From a virus, in IMG/VR virus record IMGVR_UViG_3300045988_117662, positions 16,448-80,447 of that record: a stretch of 64,000 bases of DNA; one strand, 5' to 3'. The position numbers were made by a program, and so were the translations under genes. Positions 29,501 through 37,916 of the stretch are shown piece by piece; the first letter of the stretch is position 1; the number at the start of each line of letters is the position of its first letter. The notes under the pieces were generated by a model. The model was given only the letters and a program-made list of their open reading frames with translations, made no database searches and was not told the DNA's origin.

Positions 29501-30004
29501 GACAATATGAATGAGGTAGAGAAAACCAATCTCAAACGTCTCAGTGTCTATGCCGGCACGTTTCTTATCATGCAAGCCGTATCTATGCTTCTTGCCGGAT
29601 GGCGTGATGATGATGAAAACGAAGAAAGTTGGCTTACTCAATTCGGATCCTATGTAGGATTCAGAACCATAAACGAAATAGCTTCACAGATGCCGTTTAT
29701 TATGGAGCTTAACGTTGTAGATATCATTAACGACCCGTTTGTTATGGGACGGAAGCTGAAGGATCTTACCGATCTTAGGAATTATTCACTTGATAAAGTA
29801 ACATCCGGTACATACAAGGGAGAGTCTAAGTTATTTAGGCAACTCGCCAAACAGACGTTTATCAAACAATGGTATAACATTAAGACGCCGGAAGACGTAG
29901 CACGCGCCTATAACTGGTGGCAGCAGACGAACAACAAGTCAATGATGTTCTTCATCGGCGCCACTCCTGATTCGGAAGGAGACGATGATGTTAGCTACAA
30001 ATAG
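23582..30004 (+). CDS. giant phage protein (2140 aa), function unknown (virion/ejected protein candidate)
   Basis: A 6.4 kb ORF, largely alpha-helical and charged. A strong terminator follows it. Confidence 0.65.
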   Translation: MTSTCIIKRDNKNKVVSVSTRSGDRSMLFDKIASIPLMENRERATTVFKTVFSNKFLKAFGDWRRNVPVNKQAYNKVKSNIGLIPESYRERVLDKASKMSNPILVSKSDAPYGIRESGFGFYSQDLGDNIMLVDAMVPSSISVPEGPGIDAGQYLQDAISSDFTPVSMVQDKGVNYMVIKDGLKIFSPEELPQTDSNPVGVTYHTGEPRLFFMNDRSQLFEDYGEALRSGGNDIRIGFLSGIVQESTVDGVADITYKAGKYVLNNPKSFIPVMTASASTSLSTKGGIINYLIKKGLLSGSKIFDLETRSYYLTGEGHTGQIRLFNSALSYTELRNHFGSDVSMNDQGMITISSLDNSKVTMRLATGGTERVSKEQIKNDLKSGRYNELDAKYDHFDALVVSFILEDNDLYADAKAKIVSDYSRQERDQRNSIVEILKTLGVSVIGMTDYIEKYQTKYGHEPSAKALADIANNVIAVGEDATLSDLVEETAHFLVEAYRDQNAVEAVLQDVEGTEEWNQYAGQYYNTYGKVYEGAELDNAVRREILGKILAREMQTGTAQAPVEPTSFLGRVRQLLSGIVSWLKSALSTQRQDLNNVIKNIRDLAITDIDKGFDTSLLKDNDFTLYSLSSMNKNKFLESKILALRKTLRDLRQISSDRAVTTSMTLAQLKTIEDKINKVETEIDKNEMAAAMNSMISTAEAQVRYLSNVVNTILHGDTKDGKLHFNTNDRKNVDIINNQVLPIMNDLRGYIRNRSTEFDEREKQDYTNRINTVIADINGIQSDIKSVQDLDESTLLDKLMNELHVPADKVKRVKEFFDKVQHDVSWISRWFGILEHSSSPFNNALGAMIAKDNYNAMVNAQPAISDFLAYAKKHGFNKSEFEKLLQKVDGKTSNYLRSALDMAKYDRNKKLAQMRAFATAMNIEISEEEIGDVVDNNRNYVFKREVVDKDGNTVTENAKFKPSSDRVNTDIFTIEQEKIYTEQMEKWDAENSELEFSESYATRMESIYKKAEEELGHPVSQTTKEYLNALSRQKRILRQPFIDSGGNFDEVAYFKSSNYEEEGLLRKQRKEAASEYIYVGTRRVEKTGDQLKMAKEIQAINEVWRKESNNATNAVSESFLQKLRTIQSESGGEAALKTLMLGGHLSFNDRFWNDVESEQSARTESNNKASYLKMAHDIISSTTSDRDATDVDSIVKDIEKNKAIIKEIIGNNRDVADIGEINEATFTSSERDAFRAASEAIEADYAILIDYAKMAGLEDIDKYLTKSSKAENEVNQSYLNALADSKEVEWKFVQRHTTAKKAKRIQALRDKLFKAADNRYLFTVSETNYLSEKLGISKELDGRDFRNAVNAKMASLFLNNTREEGVEEANAIVNEFARSQVFSYYKRMAPTGYAAMIDKIGRGEIDVAQMVKDVQNGTSTQDYGMDISYLSFDPARAWVAESEAENSGRNPDYVKDHGYGHRMPKKSLYRDESYFNDFGIKYDADGNEVATKNVEQWNMIQKLKEIKRQSLDLYKEQSPNLYAIPQISKQDIERVEGLGINFKNTVRNFVSDLCLDRVDDSLYGKTRQGEVYDPEDRLRSIPKYYIYELENQDDVSHDFGYSYSMLMMQSSLYNEKQKSIELAQGLEQMLLNKQFEGGKKAEATQAYQMFRDFFNDHYYGIRMNTKKLTVNIGGYTVDLTRIMMAVERFMSVMNLALSPFVAATGALTGHINLIMESAVGQYISKDSLKYASAEFSRLAPSCIAETGDIDRKSKLYVIGERMGIFNIRNRMYGAGYNRVARTLMRSPMYAFMEILNYPLDPQVMIATMDNVRYYKGRFYTFQDFKMEKERNKEQSTIKREWNALKDRTLWSMVDVVDGKVVVKPGSGVTVEEVETQMAITRNQVRSLSQICNGSLNEENRTAASRNWIARFMTAHRGWLVLAAQRLWKRRGFNFQTMQEEEGLSITLKNMIAKTFSLASESGMKNIIDAWNENKDNMNEVEKTNLKRLSVYAGTFLIMQAVSMLLAGWRDDDENEESWLTQFGSYVGFRTINEIASQMPFIMELNVVDIINDPFVMGRKLKDLTDLRNYSLDKVTSGTYKGESKLFRQLAKQTFIKQWYNIKTPEDVARAYNWWQQTNNKSMMFFIGATPDSEGDDDVSYK

Positions 30005-30139
30005 ACGAAGAATATCAGACTTGCATTGTTTTTGTATGATTCCAATATGTTATATTAGCATCGTCAAAGAGTAGATTGTACGTTTTTTGTTCTTACTTGA
30101 AAAGTTTGTAGGTTTATTTTTTCTGAAATTGTTTTCTTA

Positions 30140-30181
30140 CCGGTTCTCAGTCAGAGATGATAGGGAACCGGTTTCTTTTGT
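30140..30181 (+). terminator. rho-independent terminator of the 2140-aa gene
   Basis: Stem CCGGTTC/GAACCGG (30140-30146/30165-30171) with an 18 nt loop, followed by TTTCTTTTG. Confidence 0.55.
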
Positions 30182-30213
30182 TATGAAAAAAAATAGTATC
30201 TTGCAAAAAAAAA

Positions 30214-30663
30214 ATGAGAAGAAGATTTGAAAATATTAAGACAGTTGTCGGCGGCAAGATCCCTGTTTTTGCTTGTTCGATTTCGGCCCCTACAACCGCA
30301 TGGCGAAAACCTGTACCTATTCTTGGTTGTAGATACCGATCTAATGGAGCAACTATAGCGGCTTCCTATGTTTTAGATGAAATTAATAATAGCAAGGTAT
30401 GTACGATGGGCGGTAATCCTATAAGTTGTACGATATCAAATTTTGAACAATATATCCAGGCTTACTTTAATGAAGGACAGGTAACAGGTGATATTATATT
30501 ACAGTTTACGATTGGAGACGTTTTTTATTATTTCTTTATTACAGAAGGGTCCAATCAAGTACCTCAACTGAAATTAAGTCCAAGTACTCACCTTATTCAT
30601 TCAATATATAAGATAAGTACAGTTGGCAGCTTTGTTCCTATTGACACCTATGTGGAATTATAA
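30214..30663 (+). CDS. hypothetical protein (149 aa)
   Basis: Isolated + strand ORF preceded by A8 and A10 homopolymers. Confidence 0.45.
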   Translation: MRRRFENIKTVVGGKIPVFACSISAPTTAWRKPVPILGCRYRSNGATIAASYVLDEINNSKVCTMGGNPISCTISNFEQYIQAYFNEGQVTGDIILQFTIGDVFYYFFITEGSNQVPQLKLSPSTHLIHSIYKISTVGSFVPIDTYVEL

Positions 30664-30693
30664 TAAAAGATATAAAAATAGTAATAAAATGTA

Positions 30694-30897
30694 TTAGTAT
30701 AAGATAAGACGGTTATTAATTTCGAATGAATAAAAAACAGCATAACGCGCCATGCCAAACATATCGTATTTTATTCCGTTTTTCCATTTCCCAAAAATGT
30801 TTTGATATTGGCACCAATATTCTACCTCCCCATTAGTTGATTTCCTTTCAACTATTCTAAGAAGAATATGAAATAAGTTCCTAAGCATCAACTTCAT
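30694..30897 (-). CDS. hypothetical small protein (67 aa)
   Basis: ORF at the end of the minus-strand block with a protein-like composition. Confidence 0.3.
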   Translation of the reverse strand: MKLMLRNLFHILLRIVERKSTNGEVEYWCQYQNIFGKWKNGIKYDMFGMARYAVFYSFEINNRLILY

Positions 30898-31369
30898 GAC
30901 CTTCCCTATCTGTGAAAACTAAACCAATACCTTCTATAATATATCCTACTACAGGGGCTTTGTCAAATTCCTCCTTCGTAGCCCAAGTAGCATTATCAGG
31001 CATCAGATCCTTAAATGCATCCGAAACATCACCCTGACACCAGCAATTGTTTGATGCAACAATACCCTTCCCTTCGATATTGATATACATTTTTCTTCCA
31101 CCACATCCAAGGCTATTCCATCCTCTTGGCACGTTTTCCACCATAGGTTTAAGAACCCAGCTTTCACCGTCTATCCTAACCCATCCAGGATCGTCTTTGT
31201 GCTTGTCGTACATATTTTGCCAAAAAGAGCATTCGTAGCACCATCCCTTGTCTTCCATGATAGTTCTTATCTCACACCTTTCAAATCCATCTGCATCCAT
31301 CGTGTGCGGAGAATGAGGCTGGTGAGGGGTGCCACATTTTGGGCATACGAGTTTTAAATTATTTTCCAT
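30881..31369 (-). CDS. Cys-rich zinc-ribbon-like protein (162 aa)
   Basis: A CPKCG...H...H motif near the N-terminus, with several further Cys. Confidence 0.5.
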   Translation of the reverse strand: MENNLKLVCPKCGTPHQPHSPHTMDADGFERCEIRTIMEDKGWCYECSFWQNMYDKHKDDPGWVRIDGESWVLKPMVENVPRGWNSLGCGGRKMYINIEGKGIVASNNCWCQGDVSDAFKDLMPDNATWATKEEFDKAPVVGYIIEGIGLVFTDREGHEVDA

Positions 31370-31370
31370 A

Positions 31371-31607
31371 TTATTTCACTTTTACGATCTTAATAGAATC
31401 TCCGATATTGTATTCCCCTTGGCGTCCAATGAATTTGATGTATTTGGTACCACGAACACATGTAATGCCATTATCTTCTCCTTTGTATAACACACGCCCA
31501 TCATTCAAAGGTTCTAAATTATATATAACCCATCCAGTATTAACATTGTCAATATCACATGATGACAATAACAATATTATCAATAAAATAAAGTACTTCA
31601 TAATCAC
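31371..31607 (-). CDS. small lipoprotein (78 aa)
   Basis: Signal peptide with a lipobox: MIMKYFILLIILLLSSC followed by D. Confidence 0.5.
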   Translation of the reverse strand: MIMKYFILLIILLLSSCDIDNVNTGWVIYNLEPLNDGRVLYKGEDNGITCVRGTKYIKFIGRQGEYNIGDSIKIVKVK

Positions 31608-31619
31608 ATCCCAATATCA

Positions 31620-31811
31620 TTAACACAAAAATTTATAACCTGGTTTTACCGCTTCCGCTTCTTCTTTTGTATCAAACATTAAGGTAGTAACGGCTCCCAT
31701 GCCATAACAAATGTAAGATACTTTCACCCACCACCTGAAAATTCCCGATCCGTAATCATCATAATACGGTTCGGAAAGAACCTCTTCTACGTACCCATCT
31801 AAGTAATTCAT
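31620..31811 (-). CDS. hypothetical protein (63 aa)
   Basis: ORF. Confidence 0.4.
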   Translation of the reverse strand: MNYLDGYVEEVLSEPYYDDYGSGIFRWWVKVSYICYGMGAVTTLMFDTKEEAEAVKPGYKFLC

Positions 31812-32521
31812 GATCGTTCCTCCTTATTTTTAGATTCTGCCTCTTCGAGTATGCTAATTACCTTATCGACAATATTCGAATCAGACATTTTCTCAATAAA
31901 AACATCCATCGCCTTAGTTATGTCATTGGCTTCTTTTTCTTCAAGAGCTATTTCTCCACCGGTAATAGCATCAGATAATGATGTAGATAAGTGTCTTATC
32001 TTATCAATGCTCATAAACGTAAATGGATTACCACCTTGACCCCCACCCATTTCTTTCATGATCTGATATCCACCTGAAATAAGTCTGCCTGATGTCGTGG
32101 CCAAGGAGGATACGATTAGGGACAGTACCGCCGCTTCCGTCCACTCCTCGGACACACCCTTCGACCACACGGCTGCCCTTATAGCGCCGGCCAGGTCGTC
32201 TATGTATGGCATGAGGCAATCTTCCATCGCTTGTGTTATATCAGCTATAACCTCACTACGCTCTTTATTTATGTAGTAGATAGAAGCATTGTACCTCTTT
32301 ATCTCTTTGTCCATATCATTTAAAAGACGCTTGATATTGTGCTTATACATAGGACTGGTTTTAATTACTTCCTTTAGCTTAAGAATGTAATTATAAGCCT
32401 GGTCGTTTACGAACAACGTCATGGTTTCAACCGTTGAATGAAGCGTGTTGAGACTGTTAAGAATCTTATCGAAATTGTTTATCAAATAAGCTTTTCTGGC
32501 TTTTGCCGCGTAGTTAATCAT
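31808..32521 (-). CDS. hypothetical protein (237 aa)
   Basis: ORF. Confidence 0.55.
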   Translation of the reverse strand: MINYAAKARKAYLINNFDKILNSLNTLHSTVETMTLFVNDQAYNYILKLKEVIKTSPMYKHNIKRLLNDMDKEIKRYNASIYYINKERSEVIADITQAMEDCLMPYIDDLAGAIRAAVWSKGVSEEWTEAAVLSLIVSSLATTSGRLISGGYQIMKEMGGGQGGNPFTFMSIDKIRHLSTSLSDAITGGEIALEEKEANDITKAMDVFIEKMSDSNIVDKVISILEEAESKNKEERS

Positions 32522-33044
32522 CGCATTTAAATTTTAGATTTTCAAGTTCATTCAATTGTTTCTTAGTAGACTCGATCAGGTACGTTCTCCGTTTCTCTGC
32601 ATGTTTTAAAGCTTCTTCTTTGCTCTCAAAAGCATCCCTTCCTATTTCATAAGGAGTGATCCTATCAGGAATGTCGGCTAACAAAAGACCACCATACTCT
32701 TCTATTTTAGCTTTTACTTTTCTTATTACACCGTCTCTCATGCACGCATCTGTAATCCATATAAACCTATCACATTCTTCTAATTCCCTTTCGTACAATT
32801 CATACCATTCTGGTTTAGGAAATCTTAATGTGAATCTAATTTCGGTATCTTTCTCTAAGACATTAATATCATACGCCTCCGGCCACAGTTCTTTTATGCT
32901 GTCTTCATCTTCAGCATACGCCACCAATACAAATGAATTACTGGATTCTGCACTACACCAATATGGATATTTTATAGGCCATTTGACTGGACGGTAGTCG
33001 TTACCGCAGTCGGATTTTTTAATGTAAAATCTTGCTCTAATCAT
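32514..33044 (-). CDS. hypothetical protein (176 aa)
   Basis: ORF. Confidence 0.55.
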   Translation of the reverse strand: MIRARFYIKKSDCGNDYRPVKWPIKYPYWCSAESSNSFVLVAYAEDEDSIKELWPEAYDINVLEKDTEIRFTLRFPKPEWYELYERELEECDRFIWITDACMRDGVIRKVKAKIEEYGGLLLADIPDRITPYEIGRDAFESKEEALKHAEKRRTYLIESTKKQLNELENLKFKCDD

Positions 33045-34220
33045 GATTCTTTTATTCTTTTAAGTATATGTTCAATAACTTTAATAGTCCACCCGTTTCC
33101 CAACATCTTGTACTGTTGGGTTTCGCTGCATTCCCATTTATACCAATTTGGTACAGTCTGTAACCTGGAGCACTCTGTAGGGGTTAATCTTCTTATTCTG
33201 AAATCGCCATGTAATGCTCTCTGTATGATAAAATTGTTTCTATCATATGAATTACAAGATAATGTTGGAGCCTTATCTTCATGAAATCCACCTTTGTTAA
33301 ATCCTCTTGGTATTTGAAAAATAAGATTATCTTTCTGAACTGTTGTGAGACAATTGGATTTTCCATCGTTTTTAAATTCAATCATCTGAACTGTTTTAAG
33401 ACCAGATTCTCTACATGTAGGTTTTTCTGGATTCCTGCCTCTCATTGCTACACAAATAAGATCGTACATGTATTTACCCCCTACGGTAACAGTATTGGAT
33501 TTTTCATCTTTTGTTTTAATATTAGCTCCATAACAATTTCCCTTGTCGTGATTTCTTTTTAAGTGAAAAGCTAAATTGTTTAAAACTTTTTCAGATAAGT
33601 AATATTTTTCATCTACTTCATATTCAGCTATATCACTTATGGTCAAACCTTCGTCTTCAGGTTGAGGAATAATGCCGTCTTGAATATTAGTCCAATAAAT
33701 ACGTTTCCTGACTTGAGCTGAAACAAGTGCTGAATTAATATGATTGCCCTTACACCCTATAGCATCATCGAATACCGGCTCCCATTTCTTTCCCATCTTA
33801 ACGTTCTCAAGAAGAAACAACACATCAGGATTAGTTTTTCTTACATCATTCAAAATACGAATAAACTCCCAGAACAAGTAAGACTGACCGGCAAACTCAA
33901 ATCCTTGTTTTTTTTAATTCAAGATACTCATTAAGTGATTTGACTTCTATTCCTTCTACGGTAGACAACCCTTTTCTTTTTCCAGAAAAAGACATATCCG
34001 TACATGGGCTGCCGGCTAAAATAAGATCTATGCGTCCAAGATCTTCTACATTTAAATCCCTCACATCTCCTACTTGTATCGTATTAGGAAAATTTAATTG
34101 CGTTTGTTTAATAGCGAACTTATCTATTTCTGACGCATAATATACTTCAGGCGTGATCCCTATTTCTTTTAACGCTATTTGACCACATGACATTCCGTCA
34201 AATAAACTTAACACTCTCAT
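33041..34220 (-). pseudogene. DNA (cytosine-5)-methyltransferase interrupted by a frameshift in an A8 tract
   Basis: The N-terminal fragment (33897-34220) has motif I LSLFDGMSCG and the PC motif GSPCTDMS. The C-terminal fragment (33041-33877, TTG start) has ENV (FLLENV), QVRKRIYW and GNGWT motifs. The two frames meet at A8 (T8 on the + strand, 33908-33915). A7 would give an in-frame ...ELKKQGFEFAGQSYLFWEF... junction. Confidence 0.75.
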
Positions 34221-34224
34221 GACA

Positions 34225-34533
34225 TTATACACATTTTTCAATTTTAATTGATTTTGATGATAGATACATATTCCATGTTCCTCTGCCTTTGTCACCTTTT
34301 TCGTTTTGTTTTTGGATTGTCAAGTACAGATCTCCGTCTTCACATACTTCAACTTTTTTCAAGAAGCCTATCATTTCATCTCCTGTTTCGTGTAAAATAC
34401 GGATCTTATCTCCTTCTTTTAACCCATAATTGGAATCAAAATATTCTTTTTTGATTCTATCAATATTGTCTTTATGTTTTTTTATAGCATAAAGCTCTTT
34501 TCTTAATAAATAATTTAGTTGTTCTATTGTCAT
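34225..34533 (-). CDS. hypothetical protein (102 aa)
   Basis: ORF. Confidence 0.5.
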   Translation of the reverse strand: MTIEQLNYLLRKELYAIKKHKDNIDRIKKEYFDSNYGLKEGDKIRILHETGDEMIGFLKKVEVCEDGDLYLTIQKQNEKGDKGRGTWNMYLSSKSIKIEKCV

Positions 34534-35096
34534 TTCTTTTCCTCCTTATTTAATGGTATCAACCCTTTTCCATGCTTGTCATACCACAGCATAGCTATGC
34601 AGTTCCATGCACATTGTGCAAGATGAAAACATCCTGTATCGGAATCCACTCTTTCTCCTTTCATGTATTCCATCAGGTGTCGAAACATTGCAGCTCGATA
34701 CCGCTCAAATCCGTTGTCAAGATTCTGCCAATTATTAGACCCATATTTTTTGGCTCCGGCATGATAGACTTTTACAATGTCCTCAATTTCTTCCATCGGA
34801 AGCAAATCCCATCGTAGTTTGTCGTCAATGATGTCATTTTTCACTGATTTTATTGAAGTACTTTTTTCTGGATCTCCTACACGAATAAGTTCCATAATGT
34901 CTGTTTCTATAATAATTGCGTCTCCATTGTAATAAACTTCAGCAAACTTGTCATTTTCTTTTATGTTTGTTGCTGAAGTCACTAAAGATCCTTTGTATAT
35001 TATAGTGTTTTTATCTATCTTATCATCTTTCAGTGTTTGAAAAATAGATCCTTTTGGATAAAGGATGTTTTTAGTATTATTGTCCATTTTTTCCAT
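34530..35096 (-). CDS. putative MazG-like / DUF550-like nucleotide pyrophosphohydrolase
   Basis: The C-terminal segment ERYRAAMFRHLMEY...DSDTGCFHLAQCAWNCIAMLWY resembles phage dATP/dGTP pyrophosphohydrolase domains. The similarity is weak. Confidence 0.35.
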   Translation of the reverse strand: MEKMDNNTKNILYPKGSIFQTLKDDKIDKNTIIYKGSLVTSATNIKENDKFAEVYYNGDAIIIETDIMELIRVGDPEKSTSIKSVKNDIIDDKLRWDLLPMEEIEDIVKVYHAGAKKYGSNNWQNLDNGFERYRAAMFRHLMEYMKGERVDSDTGCFHLAQCAWNCIAMLWYDKHGKGLIPLNKEEKK

Positions 35097-35140
35097 CGTT
35101 TTATCGTTGTTTTAATCAATTAGTATAATGATATAGTCCA

Positions 35141-35512
35141 TTATTTTTCTTCTTCGCCTATAAAGCGATCAAATTCTTCTCCGCTCATAACAATGCGGTT
35201 AATGATAATTATGCCGTTATTGCTATAATCATCATCTTTAACTCCCATATCATCAAGCTCCTTCTTTAATTCTTCAAATGTGGGACCTGTCTTGCTTTTA
35301 AAAAATAAAGTAGCATGTACAACCTTTCCGTTGTTTAGTTTTACTCTCACGGTATAGACATATCCTTTTTCCTCTTCATCCTTTTTGTTGACACCATCAA
35401 GGATGCTATTTATCATGTTCTTATCCTCACGTGATAGGTTAGATATGGCTATTCTGCCCTTCAACCTAAATATTTCGTTTTCGTTCATGACTTTCTGTTT
35501 TATTGTTTTCAA
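35141..35512 (-). CDS. hypothetical protein (123 aa)
   Basis: ORF. Confidence 0.45.
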   Translation of the reverse strand: MKTIKQKVMNENEIFRLKGRIAISNLSREDKNMINSILDGVNKKDEEEKGYVYTVRVKLNNGKVVHATLFFKSKTGPTFEELKKELDDMGVKDDDYSNNGIIIINRIVMSGEEFDRFIGEEEK

Positions 35513-35771
35513 AATATTGTCTTACGGCTTCTATGGCTTTATCGTCATCAAAAGCTTCTTCAAACTCCGTGTAGAACCTATCTCGCTCCATGCAGAATGT
35601 GTTTTTCCCTTCCGGTATAGGACGGAACACAACCACCCTCTCTTCAGCGTGATCGGTTCCTATTATGTTATTATCTAAGATAATAGAATACCTTCTTGAA
35701 CTTTTGTTGATAACAACATCATGTTGAAGACCATACAATTTAAGTATTTCCCTTAATTCACTTGTTTCCAT
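35466..35771 (-). CDS. hypothetical protein (101 aa)
   Basis: ORF. Confidence 0.45.
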   Translation of the reverse strand: METSELREILKLYGLQHDVVINKSSRRYSIILDNNIIGTDHAEERVVVFRPIPEGKNTFCMERDRFYTEFEEAFDDDKAIEAVRQYFENNKTESHERKRNI

Positions 35772-36128
35772 TTATATTATTCCTTCCAAATTTACTTTAA
35801 TAGAACCATTTATAGTTTTAATGCTCCCATCTATGGTTGAAATCACATCATCTAAATCGTTTATAATGCCTTCCATGTCATCAACCACCTCTTCCATATC
35901 AGCTACAGCCTGATCTGATTCCCAATATTTTTCTGAGTCTTGTAACGATTCCGGTATATTATCTCTCGCCTCAGTCTCTTCGTCTAAAATCATATCAACA
36001 TCATCTTTGGCTGAATTTATGTTATACTTCAACTCCGATAACTTTGATTTGATGTATTCAAAATCTGTTTTATACTTATCTACGTTTTTAATAACACCCA
36101 ATATTTTTTTTCTTCTCTTGTCGTTCAT
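35772..36128 (-). CDS. hypothetical acidic protein (118 aa)
   Basis: ORF. Confidence 0.45.
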   Translation of the reverse strand: MNDKRRKKILGVIKNVDKYKTDFEYIKSKLSELKYNINSAKDDVDMILDEETEARDNIPESLQDSEKYWESDQAVADMEEVVDDMEGIINDLDDVISTIDGSIKTINGSIKVNLEGII

Positions 36129-37546
36129 GCTTTTATTCTATTATAATATTCGATAATCTTTTCTTTTCTATCTCCTGGTTTTACTGCCATATTCTCAGCC
36201 AAGAACCTAAAATACGACACCGGTATGTCCTTGAATCTAATTCCTTCATATTTTCCAAACCACATTATTATACTGTCAAGATCGTCTTCTCTCCTACCAT
36301 CTCCATTCACAGATTTAAGCGAGGCTGCCCGGCGAAGGATCTCGTCTTTGGTAATAATATCACCCATCCTTATATTGGACAGAAGTTGATCGCCGGCAAA
36401 CATACACCAGCCTTTAGAAGGGAATTGTTCGATTGTCAAGTCTTCTATCCGACCGAAACGCCTCATGTTGTCGCAGCAATCAACTATCAGTGCCTCTTTC
36501 TTGTCAGGATGGATGCGAACGGCACGGCCTACAATCTGGTAAAATACTGAATATGAGAATGTTGGACGCCCAAACATCACACAGTCAAGTTCAGGAAAGT
36601 CAAATCCGGTAGCAAGCGTTGAATAATTAAAAACCACCTTCAACTTGCCTTCTTTGAAATCGGATATGATTTGTTCTCTTTTCTTTTTGGTTGTTAGCGA
36701 TGTTACGACACCGGTTATGGCTCCCATCTTGGCATTCATGAACTCTGATATTCTATTACATGATTCAATAGAATCCATGCAAACCAAAATGGCTTTACGT
36801 TCGTTCATAAGTTGAAGAAGGCGCTTGTAGATAGAGTTGTTTAAGCCATTTCGTACAATACTTTCTTTAATAGATTCGTTGGTGTATTCAGCTCCGGTGC
36901 TGTTCAACATCAGAGCCGATTCATCAAAAGACCATCGTTCGTACTTAAGTGGACACCAAAACCCTTGAGAAGTTAATTCTTGTATTTGAGTCACATGAAC
37001 TATTTTCTTGAAGAAATTATGCTCGTCTTTCGTCAGCATATTGAGCTTGCTGTAGTTTCCTTCCAGCATGGAACTGTAGGTTCGGAGGCGGCAGGGAGTG
37101 GCGGTGAAGCCCAGCACCTTCGCCTCTGGGAACCTGTTCATAAACTCCATAAATTCAGAACCTTCTTCAGGAGAATACCCGCTATGCACCTCATCTATCA
37201 ATAATGTGTCTATCCCTATATCTTTCAACCTTGCTACGTCTTTCTTTATGCTTTTAAGTGTAGCATAAGTCATAGCCGATAACTCTTTTTTTTTACATGA
37301 AGCAGAATATATGGTAGGTTTAGAACCGAATGATACAGCCTTCGCATAATTCTGCTCCAGAATCTCTTTAGATGGCTGTAATACAAGGATAGGTCTTTTT
37401 AATTCATGAGCTATCTTGCTAATTATCAAAGACTTCCCCGCTGCACACGGCAATACTTCTATGCCAGGCTTCTTAGATCTTCCTGTAAGGAACTTAAGCC
37501 CGGCATCTACTGCCTCTTTTTGGTAAGGTCTAAGTTCAAAGCCCAT
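36125..37546 (-). CDS. SF2 (DEAD/DEAH, ResIII-type) DNA helicase with C-terminal DUF3820-like FGKYEG domain
   Basis: Motifs present: Walker A PCAAGKS, DEAH-box LLIDEVH, motif III FTATP and motif VI QIVGRAVR. The C-terminal WFGKYEGIRFKDIPVSYFRFL resembles the FGKYKG family. Confidence 0.75.
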   Translation of the reverse strand: MGFELRPYQKEAVDAGLKFLTGRSKKPGIEVLPCAAGKSLIISKIAHELKRPILVLQPSKEILEQNYAKAVSFGSKPTIYSASCKKKELSAMTYATLKSIKKDVARLKDIGIDTLLIDEVHSGYSPEEGSEFMEFMNRFPEAKVLGFTATPCRLRTYSSMLEGNYSKLNMLTKDEHNFFKKIVHVTQIQELTSQGFWCPLKYERWSFDESALMLNSTGAEYTNESIKESIVRNGLNNSIYKRLLQLMNERKAILVCMDSIESCNRISEFMNAKMGAITGVVTSLTTKKKREQIISDFKEGKLKVVFNYSTLATGFDFPELDCVMFGRPTFSYSVFYQIVGRAVRIHPDKKEALIVDCCDNMRRFGRIEDLTIEQFPSKGWCMFAGDQLLSNIRMGDIITKDEILRRAASLKSVNGDGRREDDLDSIIMWFGKYEGIRFKDIPVSYFRFLAENMAVKPGDRKEKIIEYYNRIKA

Positions 37547-37913
37547 CGCAATCTATTTTACTGTTTTTTGAAAGTTCTATTATCGCCTCTTTCAACATCT
37601 CCCTTGCTTTATCTTCGTTATCTTCAAGCAAGCATACACTGCACGATATGCCCATACGATCCCCATAAGCCTCGGCATTACCTAATGTGAATGCGCAGCA
37701 GTAATCATAATCCATGTTTTTTGCTACGGCAATAAACTGATTATCTTCTATCAGTACAGCATATTCAGCATCAGTTTCACACATGATAATGGCTTTATCT
37801 TTTTTTATAGACAACACCTTGTTTCTGAAAAGTCCGTTATAAATCCATAGTTCTTTTCCTGTATTTTTATAAAACACAGCCATATCTTCCTTGATTGTGA
37901 CTTCTTTTTTCAT
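37536..37913 (-). CDS. hypothetical protein (125 aa)
   Basis: ORF. Confidence 0.5.
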   Translation of the reverse strand: MKKEVTIKEDMAVFYKNTGKELWIYNGLFRNKVLSIKKDKAIIMCETDAEYAVLIEDNQFIAVAKNMDYDYCCAFTLGNAEAYGDRMGISCSVCLLEDNEDKAREMLKEAIIELSKNSKIDCDGL

Positions 37914-37916
37914 GAC

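Noticed and set aside
32656-37700. Multiple + strand ORFs (e.g. 32656-32997, 33281-33562, 35385-35678, 36980-37204, 37406-37690) inside the minus-strand gene block
   Set aside because: Each is fully embedded antisense in a longer minus-strand gene with clear motifs. Their translations are hydrophobic/Ser-Leu-rich, as expected for antisense frames of AT-rich genes.
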